A stretch of DNA of 47,637 nucleotides from Octopus bimaculoides (taxonomy: Eukaryota), in the NCBI RefSeq assembly GCF_001194135.2, contig NC_068986.1:67724142-67771778 (forward strand), written 5' to 3'. Shown one piece after another: positions 25,413 to 35,789 of the stretch (its first letter is position 1; each line of letters begins with the position of its first letter). Both the position numbers and the translations under genes were made by a program. The notes below the pieces were generated by a model. That model was given only the letters and a program-made list of their open reading frames with translations. It was not told the origin of the DNA and ran no database searches.

Positions 25413-26185
25413 TATAAAGCTGGTCAAGGAAAGCTTTGCTGGATGGCTGACATGTGTATAAATCCATGTCATGGTGTCCATAGAAGTGTATCATCAATGG
25501 AATCTTGTTTAGCTCTCCAGTAATGACCTACAAACGGATTCTAATGATCTAAAATTATCGTAAAAAACATTTATAAATGCAAGTTCACATTATTGTTTCT
25601 TACTTACATATTTATTACCAGTCTTAGCCTTCATATAATGGGTAACTTTGGATGTAAACTTTTGCCACTATGGGTAATATCAGGAAATATGACATTCACA
25701 CAATAATAATAATTCAACTTTTGTCTTGGTACTTATAGAAAACGATTAAATGAATACTAATTTTCAAATGACAAATATTTTTTACTTTGAAGTAAAATTA
25801 AATAAAACAAATTTCTCATTTGTATAAGGTTTCCTTTACTCTCTCTCCTCCCCTTGCTCTTTTGTCTCTATGTTGTTTTCTCTCCAGTCGTTGTGTGCCT
25901 CTTATGTCAGCTCTTTCTGTATTTCTCATCTATTCTCTCTTCCCTTCACTATATGATGTAAACCATGACTGGAGAGGTCAACCAATCAACCAACCAACCA
26001 ACCAACATTTAAACTATTATTATATAGAGATTATATCATCACAATAAAAGTAATTACATTCTTTCTGTATGCTTTTATTTTTATGGGTTTCAGTCATTAC
26101 ATAGTGACCATGCTGGGGTACCACATTCAAAGATTTTTGTTGATTTACCAACTTCTGTACTGATATCAATCTCTTACTTGCTACA

Positions 26186-26674
26186 CTGTGTAACACAATT
26201 TCTGTCCTTGGGTAGCAACTATTATTTCATATTTGCTTACCCCTAGAAAGCACGAAAAATGGCTATTTTTCCTTCAAACTTTGCTTTTGTTACTTTTATT
26301 CAAACCCCAAAGAATCCCTCTCAGCACATAACTATGATGCTCCCCCATTACGCCTTCTCATGATCAGAGATGCCCATGTTGTCAGCGACTAAGGGACATG
26401 GTCAAGTGGTTATGGTTATGGTAACTGACATGCAAATCTGTGATAGTGAGCAGAATATTTGCTAGAATGATATTTCTGCTGCAGCAACTCAGCACCAAAT
26501 CTGTCTGAAATGTAATGGAAAATATGTTACTTTCAAAACATTGATGTCTAGGTTACAAAAACAAAGTTTGAAGGGAGAAGTAGTCATTTCCTTTGATTTC
26601 TAGATAGAAGCAAATAGGAAATAACATTTACTGACCAAGGTCAAAAAAATAAATAAGACTTTTGTTACACAGTG
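26186..26674. mobile_element. About 490-bp MITE with cactgtgtaaca/tgttacacagtg termini
   Basis: Terminal inverted repeats; full-length homolog at 32920-33416. Confidence 0.85.
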
Positions 26675-27679
26675 TTATTGCTCTTTATTATTGGAGGGTT
26701 AAGTTACAGTTTTCATATAAAACATAACACAGTTAAATATAAACATAGATCAGAATTTCTCAACCAGCTGTAGCTTAGTGCCCCCTTTTTCTGAATCATG
26801 TTTTAGAAACACTCTGCTTTGCCTGTTTTCTAATAAAATTTGCACATTACCCTTTTTCATCAAAGATAAGCTAACTTTTGCATTGTGGTTTATTCTTCAT
26901 ATTTTCTTGTAATAACACATTTTGTTGCATATATCTCAATAGATACTGGCATGGATTAGCAATTCCAATGTTTAATTTTTGTTAAGTTACTAAAGAAGTC
27001 AAGGATTTCGATAATTAAGTTATATTTAAATTTATAAATTGTGTGTATGTAAATAAAAATTTAGAAACAGAGAACAATAATACAAATGAAATTTAAATAA
27101 AACATTATTAGCTTTATTACAGGTGTTAATGAATCTAATACATATATTTGAATATAACTATATTTATAATAAAAAAAAAGAGTAAAATAATTTAAGATAT
27201 TCAATAGATCATTATATTCCAAATACAACATTTAATGAATGAAAAACAACTCACGAATGCCTTGTGTTTGAAACAGTCATGTTTTCTCCTCACTGATAAC
27301 ACATTGTCCTACACACATTTTAATGTCAACAAGATCTTTCTTAAATATTGCACCTGGTTGAAATATTTACTTCTAAGAAACATCATGACCATTCTAAACA
27401 CCTAGTGCCCTCACAGTGTCCTTTTTGAGCTTGCAATGCTCCCAGTTGGATGCTGCTGTACACATTAAAACCCACTGCTTTATGGGGCTGGGAGATAAAA
27501 AAAAAACTAGCAACTAGTTCTTCCTCAAACACATTCATACACATGCATACACACATATATATACATCATACATACATGCATGCTTACATATGCACATACA
27601 TACTCATAGACAGATACATACATACATACATATATACATATGGTACAAATACCTAGACATTGATCAAAACACTTCATAC

Positions 27680-28920
27680 AAAGGTGCTGCGAATAAAGAA
27701 AGAGTGGCCTGAGAATATTATATCAGACGTAGAAAAATATGGCAGTCAGAACTCTCCTCTTGTAAGACAATATCCCACAATGTATTTGCAGTATCAATGC
27801 TGATTCCAACATTTGCGATTCTTGGCCGGTCTGTAGAAAAAATCCACTCCATAGCGGAAACTCTGGTTTCTCCTCACCCCAAGCAGATAAATCTTCCACT
27901 CTATAGACATTAAAACCAGAAAGATCCTGACATCAATTGGAAAGTTCTACAGGAACAGTGATTCTGACTGCGTCTTTACAAGGAGATGAAGAAGGTAGAG
28001 GCTTGAGATCAGTGTACACAGTCTTCAAATGTCATACAGTCTCTCCCAGACAACACCTGCTAAACAACAGCTGCAAAATAAATACATATAGTGTTGAAAA
28101 GTGAAGAGAACAACATCCTACATGTCAGCAGTGAGCTCTTCAGGAAGTATTCTCTTTCTGTTGGCATTCCATACAACTCCAAAACAGCTGGACTAACATA
28201 CATCAAACAAGACTTAGATGTGAAACACTCAGTATATCACAAAATCAAACAAACAAAAAACAGAGACTGTGCATGGGTATGTTTCCTGAAGACTTGAAGA
28301 ATACGGTAAAAGCAACATGAAGAACAGGTTTTGTTGGACTTGTGACTGCTGGATCACATCACACTTTGAAGGCTGTGCATTTACAATCCAAGGACAGGAA
28401 ATTGATGTAAAATATCTAATCAACAAAAGAGATAGTGCAGCCCTTGGAGCTCTAAGATGCAACCAAAAATGCAGGTGATGTCATATTTCTGTGGAAGACA
28501 TTACAAATGTAATTAGTAGCTGCCCAAAACTGTTGTCAAGACACTACCTCCCTATGTTGTCACTAAAACAATATACAATACCATACACAAAAAGACTGTC
28601 CTGGAATTGAATATATACACAAGTATCAACACAAGGAATATTGGTGTAACGTTACCATTAAAACTTTTGTCAAGTGTAAACATAACTGGTCGGATATGTT
28701 GACTGGGACAAATAAAGAAGAGTATGCATTGCCATAAAATTCAGCTACCTTGCTGATGCAAATATCTCTTCAAAAATCAAAGAGAAACTACAGACAACTG
28801 TATCAAAACCTCCAATGTCTATAGTCAGATTATGAATTCACATTTATACCAATAATAAGTAGTGTACTTGGTTTTGTGAGTAATTGCCAAAGTGACAATC
28901 TGGATAAACTAGGATTTTCA
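27680..28920 (+). mobile_element. Old R4/Dong-like fragment, RT thumb to RLE
   Basis: RKIWQSELS, IDIKTRKILT, EGRGLRSV, CR*CHISVEDITNVISSCP (knuckle), EFTFIPIISSVLG. Confidence 0.8.
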
Positions 28921-29083
28921 GAAAAAGTGGAACAGTAAAAATATGTTATATTATATACTTGAGTTTAAAATGTGAATCCGTTTTTGTTATCTACATTCCA
29001 ACAATGGAGCTTTGCATCATTGTTAGAAATCAACTCCTTCCACAGAGGAAGATTTTAAATAATTAGAAATAGTAGAGAAGAGG

Positions 29084-29124
<41 letters not shown>

Positions 29125-29221
29125 AAACATTATTTGCCTTGTTCTGTGAACCCATGGCCTTGACTACCTTGGTGATTTCATAACTCTAATTACAATATAC
29201 ACTTCAATATACATTACACAA

Positions 29222-29445
29222 TATGAAGGCAGTGAGCTGGCAGAAATGTTAGCATGCCAGGCGAAATGTTTAACATTACTTCGTCTGTCTTTACGTTCTG
29301 AGTTCAAATTCTGCTGAGGTCGACTTTGCCTTTCATCCTTTCAGGGTCGATAAATTAAGTACCAGTTGTATACTGGGGTTGATCTAATCGACTGACTCTC
29401 TCTCCCCCAAAAATTTCAGACCTTGTGCCTAGAGTAGAGAAGAAT
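29222..29445 (+). mobile_element. Near full-length Octopus-type SINE
   Basis: ggcagtgagctggcagaa head, gagttcaaattctgctgaggtcgactttgcc core. Confidence 0.88.
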
Positions 29446-29545
29446 ATACATTACAATATACACTTCACAGTCAAAATCAACAAACTTTCCTGAGCATTTT
29501 AATCATCAAAAAAGAAACAAACATCAAAACTGACATCTACTTTAA

Positions 29546-29741
29546 CTCTTTAGCATCCAGATTATTCCATCAAATGTAACACTTATTCACATTGTTTTGA
29601 ATTTATCCTTCATTATCTTGTAGCCCTAAGATTTCAATTGGACTAACATTGTAGAGTAGTAGTGAGAGGCAGGATCTGGCCAGTTTAAACATAAAACAGG
29701 AAGAATATTTTGATTGGCTGGTTTAAATGCTAAAGGGTTAA
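29546..29741. mobile_element. TTAA-flanked MITE (piggyBac/Kolobok-like ends)
   Basis: ttaactctttagcat ... atgctaaagggttaa; opposite-orientation copy at 33434-33648. Confidence 0.8.
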
Positions 29742-30331
29742 AATAACAGACTCTAAACAATACTTATACACTCCATATCACTCAAAACACAACAAAATGA
29801 ATATTTCGTTTAATCTAGTACAAAGAATATGTTCAGTTGTTTGAATTTTGAAACTTGGAATGAAAAGATTACAAGAACCAAAATGAAATATTATTTGGAA
29901 GACAGTATTACCCAACAATAGAGATATTTTTGGTTTGACATGCTTCTTCCAATTTTATTCTAAAATTCTGCACAGAAGTATAGAAATTTTCATAAAAGTT
30001 GGATTTGGTGTGTTAAACCAAGAAGCTCCATTTTTTCCATGCCAATTATGAAAATTGCCATTTTTTTAAGAAACTAAAAATAAAAAAAGTGACAAATCTT
30101 TGAAGATTGAAATTTTTTGTAATTTTAGCTAATCAGATCCATATTTTTCTACATGCCATGATGATTTTTTATGAAAATTAGCATGTTTTGTTGGGGTTTT
30201 TTTTATTGATACACAACTTAACAAAAATCACAACATACTGTTTTTTGAGAAATTAATCATAGAGACATTACAAAACTTTTGAAGATCACAATATTTAAAG
30301 AAAAGGAAACAAATTAACTTAAAATGACAAA

Positions 30332-30500
30332 TCTAACACTAATTCTTAACCCTAATCTTAACTTTAACTCCTAAACCCTAACCCTAACCCATTACCCTAA
30401 GTTTAGACTGTGTACCTCTAACCCTAAATCATAATCTTAAACCTTAAATCCTAACCTTAAGCCCTAACCCCAATCTTAAACTCTAACCCTAAACCCTAAT
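30332..30500. repeat. Degenerate (CCCTAA)n-like tract
   Basis: Mix of exact ccctaa and variant ccttaa/tcctaa/ctctaa units. Confidence 0.85.
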
Positions 30501-30554
30501 GATAATAAGAGAGAATGCCTTGATGCAAGCCTTGATTATTTAATAAATTATAAA

Positions 30555-30790
30555 TAGATGTGTGATGATGTTTTCCTCTGCTTACATTACCATGAAGTGG
30601 GTTCTACAAGGCTAATTTGGATGCTCCCAGCTTAGGGTGGTGCATGCAGTGATCAGATAGTCGCAGCTGTCTCTGTGTTTTCATCTCGCTAACCTTCAGC
30701 AGGTCTCCATAAAGGCGATACATTTGTCATATGTTGCTGCCATTTCACATTTGGAGCCATTTGTCGCATTCTTGTGTAGCATCCAGTACT
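30555..30790 (-). mobile_element. RTE-clade LINE C-terminal fragment
   Basis: Minus: GCYTRM...WQQHMT...LYGDLLKVSE...RGK; closely similar to 42850-43075. Confidence 0.85.
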
Positions 30791-31544
30791 TGTTTGTAAA
30801 GTGAAAATATTTACAAACAGATAAATAACAGAGTAAAGATAGATGCAAATAACACTGTGTAATACCTTCTTTGTCCTTTCGTAGTAACTTTTATATCCTA
30901 TTTGCTTACCACTAGAACTTCAACCCTTTTGTTACCATATTTCTGTTGGAATACACTACATTTGTTTCAATTAATTTTGAAAATACTGAAGAATTTAGTA
31001 AAGGAACTTTCTCATAATTAACCTAGTATTTGGAACATAAATTAACATGAAATTTTGAAAGGAGGGTTTAATTTAGATCACTTTAAACATGAAGTTTGTG
31101 TCAGAACCTGAAGCAGTATTGGGAGGGTTAAGAAAATATAATTAATGTTTTAAAATTACTGTTTTTGATGGTGTTTTAATCCACAGATATAAAAGAGTCA
31201 CCACCTCAATTTTGGGTTTGGAATGTTAAAAAAATAGTTTGATTGCAAACAGTATTATGTGTTTATCTAAACACAAGTGTTCCCGTGTCATCAAAGTAAT
31301 GGTTTGTTATTGATGTCATGGTACGTGTAATAATAACACGTAATAGGAAGTTGTCCTTAGTAAAAGCTTTAATGACATACCATACATATGTCTATTTAAT
31401 TCTAATTAATTTTATGGTAATTTTCCTGTGTTAATTAATTGCTGTACATCAGGATAGTCAGACAGAAGGAAAGAAAGAAGAAAGGAGAGAGAAACTCTGT
31501 TAATTATGTATATTCAAATACATACAACATTTATATGCACAGAT

Positions 31545-31960
31545 ATTTATTAATTTTCCTTTCTGTAAAAAGACAAAATTCTCATTAGAAATATTTTAAA
31601 ATTATTTTTGGAAAATTAATTGTCTTTCCTGGAGCAATACAAATTTTCATTATAACTATTTTTTAATATTTAATTAAAAAAATTTTAACTTTCTCGTCTA
31701 GGACAATACAAGGTTTTCAATATAATACTTTTTGATTTTTAAATAGAAAAATTAATTTTTATTTGAGTAAACACAATTTTTAATTATAATTTTCTTTTCT
31801 TTTTTTTTATCTGAAAAATTCATTTTGCTTTTATGTAAAGCAAAATTTATATTACCAACTTTTCTAATTTTTTGAAATGAAAGAATTAATTTGCATTTTG
31901 AGGAAATACGATTTTCATTATATCATTTAAAAAAATTAATTAAAAAATTAGCGTTTTCAC
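31545..31960. repeat. Degenerate AT-rich tandem array, period about 65-69 bp, about 6 units
   Basis: Anchor (c/a)aatac(a)a(t)tttcattata recurs at about 31568, 31635, 31704, 31769, 31837 and 31904. Confidence 0.65.
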
Positions 31961-32074
31961 TATACCCCTTTTTAATGCATTAATTTTTCTACTACAATAC
32001 TTTTAACTTGTCATTATTCATTTTTTATTTAAAATTAACATAATTCTGTTGCATTTATTTATCTTAGTTCTACT

Positions 32075-32295
32075 ATTCCTTTGTTATTCTTTTGTTTGAG
32101 TCATTGGACTGCGCCCATGCTGGGGTATTGTCTTGAAGGGTTTAGTTCAAAAATCTACTCAAAAATCTACTCAAATGATTATTTGAAGTCTAGTACTTAT
32201 TGTTACAATCCCTTTTTGCTGAACCACTAGGTTATGGGATATAAACAAGCCAAGACTAGTTGTCGAGTGGTCTGGACAGAAACACACACAGAGAT

Positions 32296-32336
<41 letters not shown>

Positions 32337-32760
32337 TACATACACACACCCACATGCATGTACATGTCAGTGCCATGTAAAAGCTCTCATGCTGGTGGCA
32401 TGTTAAAAACAGCCAACATACACTGTAAAGTAGTTGGTGTTAGAAAGGGCACTCGGCCACAGAAACCGAGCAAAGTTAGACAGGAACCTGGTGCAGCTCT
32501 CCAGCTGGCTAGCTCAAGTCAAACTGTCCAACCCATGCTAGGATGGAAAACAGACATTAAGGAATGATGATGATGATGATGATGGTGGTGGTAATTTTTA
32601 TCTCCTCCTCCTCCTCTTTCTTCTTCCTCATTGTGAGTTTTCATCCAGTGTTTATCTACCAAATTCATTCGCAAGGCATTGGTTTACCTGAGGCAACTGT
32701 AGAAGGTGTTTCCTCAAGCTGCGCCATGGAATTGAACTTCCATTCCAGACCACACAGCCA
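32075..32760 (-). mobile_element. Minus-strand tRNA-headed SINE, apparently split by a plus-strand (GAT)n-tailed fragment (32362-32585)
   Basis: 32075-32345 is homologous to the reverse complement of 24940-25185; head-like remnant at 32640-32760. Confidence 0.65.
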
Positions 32761-32919
32761 TCAGCTAGAAATCAACATCAGTTCACAAGAAGACCTCTGA
32801 GATATTCTGAGTTCATTGTAGAAAAATTATTGCTAAAATTGAACCAATTTATTTTCATGTTTGTGAAGTGAAAATATTTACAAACAGATAAATAACAGAG
32901 TAAAGATAGATGCAAATAA

Positions 32920-33416
32920 CACTGTGTAATACCTTCTTTGTCCTTTGGTAGCAACTGTTATTATCTATTTGCTTACCTCTAGAAAGTATGAAAAATAGCT
33001 AATATTTCCTTCAAACTTTGCTTTTATCACATTTATTTCAAACCTCAAAAAATCCCTTTCATACCTTGGCTATGATTCTTCCCCACTACTCCTGATCATG
33101 ATCAGAGACGCCGATATTGTCAGTGACTGAGGGACATGCCCAAGTGATTAAGGTCAAACAACTGACAGGCAAATCTGTGACATTGAGCAGAATATTTGTT
33201 ATAATGGTATTTCTGCTTCAGCAACTCAGTGCTGAATCTGTCTGAAATGTAATGGAAAATAGATCAGTTTCAAAACTTTGATGTCCAGGGCAGAAAAGCA
33301 AAGTTTGAAAGGAATAGTAGTCATTTCCTTTTATTTCTAGAGAGAAACAAATAGGAAATAACATTTACTGATCAAAGACAAAATAAATAAATAAATAAAA
33401 ATTTTGTTACACAGTA
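32920..33416. mobile_element. Second copy of the 490-bp cactgtgtaa MITE
   Basis: Collinear with 26186-26674 along its length. Confidence 0.85.
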
Positions 33417-33433
33417 TAATAGTATGTGTTTTC

Positions 33434-33648
33434 ATAACCCTTTAGCATTTAATCCTGCCATATTTGGCCAAAATATTCTACCTGTTTTATGTTAAAACTG
33501 ATCACTTCCAACCTCTACAATGTCATTCTAAAATTATACAAAAACACCATTGAAATCTTGAAGCTACAAGATAATGCATGATTAATTCAAAGCAATGTGA
33601 ATAAATAAACAATTCATCTGACGAAGAGATCTGAATGCCAAAGAGTTA
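33434..33648. mobile_element. TTAA-type MITE, inverted relative to 29546-29741
   Basis: aaccctttagcat ... atgccaaagagttaa termini. Confidence 0.78.
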
Positions 33649-34020
33649 AACAACCTTTGAAAGTTATTCTGTTAAGATAAAGACAGATAGCTAACCAATA
33701 ATTAAATGACTGAGAGAGAGTAGGAAAGAGAGAGAATGATGTGAGTCAATTTACCCATGGCTGTTGGTGGCAGTCACAAGAATGAGTGACAGGCAACAGT
33801 TTTATTTGTTTCAGTAGCTAAAAGAAATGGCTCTCACACTACTTGTTTCTGATTGGCTAAAATAATACTGAAACTAAAATGTCATGTGCATGAAGCTGCT
33901 ACACATTTTGAAGAAAACTAAAACAAACCCCAATTCAATATTTGTGTAATTTTGCTCATTTCTTTCTGTTGCATTTTTATGTTATTGCCAACATCTTTTA
34001 TTTGTATCTCTTGTCACCTT

Positions 34021-34250
34021 TATTAACTCTGCCTTCGCTAAGGCGGAGATATTGTTTTCAGTTGTGTTGGTTTGTTTGTTTGTCCATGGACAAGATAACT
34101 CAAGAACCACTGGATGGATTCGGATGAAACTTTCAGGGATGTTTGGCCTTGTGATTGGCATAGTCTCATTAGATTTTGGGATCAATCTGATACTGGACAA
34201 GGATTCTGGATTATTTTACCAATTTTTATTAACTTTACATGTATATGTAA
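34021..34250 (+). mobile_element. Probable 5' part of a Helentron-associated (HINE/DINE-1-like) non-autonomous element
   Basis: Terminal hairpin ctctgcctt-cgct-aaggcggag, then a (GTTT)n microsatellite and an actggatggatt...gaaact segment. Family assignment is by recall. Confidence 0.45.
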
Positions 34251-34254
34251 AGTG

Positions 34255-34555
34255 AAAGTGCATGGGTCAGTCGTTAGGGTGTCGAACTTACGACCGCAAG
34301 GTTGGGAGTTCGAATCCTAGACCGGGCTGCGTGTTGTTCTTGAGCAAGACACTTTATTTCACGTTGCTCCAGTTCACTCAGCTGTAGAAATGCGTTGTGA
34401 TGGCACTGGTGCCAAGCTGTATCGGCCTTTGCCTTTCCCTTGGATAACATCGGTGGCGTGGAGAGGGGAGGCTGGTATGCATAGGCCTGGTCTTCCATAA
34501 ACAACCTTGCCCAGACTTGTACCTCGGTAGGTAACTTTCTAGGTGCTATCCCATG
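34255..34555 (+). mobile_element. tRNA-derived SINE with recognisable Pol III boxes
   Basis: A box-like tgggtcagtcgttag, B box gttcgaatcc, core ttgagcaagacactttatttcac. Confidence 0.88.
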
Positions 34556-34580
34556 GATATATATATATATGTACACAAAT

Positions 34581-34625
<45 letters not shown>

Positions 34626-34632
34626 AATATAC

Positions 34633-35682
34633 ATCATCATCATCATCATCATCGTTTAACGTCCGCTTTCCATGCTAGCATGGGTTGGACGATTTGACTG
34701 AGNNNNNNNNNNNNNNNNNNNNNNNNNNNNNNNNNNNNNNNNNNNNNNNNNNNNNNNNNNNNNNNNNNNNNNNNNNNNNNNNNNNNNNNNNNNNNNNNNN
34801 NNNNNNNNNNNNNNNNNNNNNNNNNNNNNNNNNNNNNNNNNNNNNNNNNNNNNNNNNNNNNNNNNNNNNNNNNNNNNNNNNNNNNNNNNNNNNNNNNNNN
34901 NNNNNNNNNNNNNNNNNNNNNNNNNNNNNNNNNNNNNNNNNNNNNNNNNNNNNNNNNNNNNNNNNNNNNNNNNNNNNNNNNNNNNNNNNNNNNNNNNNNN
35001 NNNNNNNNNNNNNNNNNNNNNNNNNNNNNNNNNNNNNNNNNNNNNNNNNNNNNNNNNNNNNNNNNNNNNNNNNNNNNNNNNNNNNNNNNNNNNNNNNNNN
35101 NNNNNNNNNNNNNNNNNNNNNNNNNNNNNNNNNNNNNNNNNNNNNNNNNNNNNNNNNNNNNNNNNNNNNNNNNNNNNNNNNNNNNNNNNNNNNNNNNNNN
35201 NNNNNNNNNNNNNNNNNNNNNNNNNNNNNNNNNNNNNNNNNNNNNNNNNNNNNNNNNNNNNNNNNNNNNNNNNNNNNNNNNNNNNNNNNNNNNNNNNNNN
35301 NNNNNNNNNNNNNNNNNNNNNNNNNNNNNNNNNNNNNNNNNNNNNNNNNNNNNNNNNNNNNNNNNNNNNNNNNNNNNNNNNNNNNNNNNNNNNNNNNNNN
35401 NNNNNNNNNNNNNNGCACGCCACAACTGATGCTTCTAATGTTCAGCTTTTCTCTCAAGATACTTACACTCTGACGGGTATTTACATTGACATTACACATC
35501 CAACGGAGCATACTGGCTTCATTCCTTGCGAGCTTACGTATGTCCTCAGCAGTTACAGCCCATGTTTCACTGCCATGTAGCATGGTTGTTCGTACGCATG
35601 CGTCATACAGTCTGCCTTTTACTCTGAGTGAGAGTCCCTTTGTCGCCAGCAGGGGTAAGAGCTCTCTAAACTTTGCCCAGGC
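34633..35682 (-). mobile_element. 5'-truncated RTEX-like LINE spanning a 712-N gap, with (GAT)n tail
   Basis: Minus: AKFRELLPLL...MLHGSETWAVTAEDIRKLARNEASMLRWMC; tail (CAT)n on the plus strand at 34633-34652. Confidence 0.88.
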
Positions 35683-35789
35683 TATATATATATATATATA
35701 TATATATACACAAATATATAAAAAGACAAAAGGTAAGATGGAGGGGAGCTTCAGTCAGAGTCCTCACAGGCAAGGCACATAGGTATAAA

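Noticed and set aside
27415-27487. 73-nt minus-strand exon candidate (acceptor ttttttttttatctcccag, donor gtgagg; PIKQWVLMCTAASNWEHCKLKKDT)
   Set aside because: Good splice signals but no recognisable protein; needs RNA-seq junction evidence.
34262-34335. tRNA-like sequence with A and B boxes
   Set aside because: No acceptor stem, and it continues into a SINE core; it is a SINE head.
34649-35473. Long ORFs of 255-302 aa
   Set aside because: Almost entirely translated N gap.
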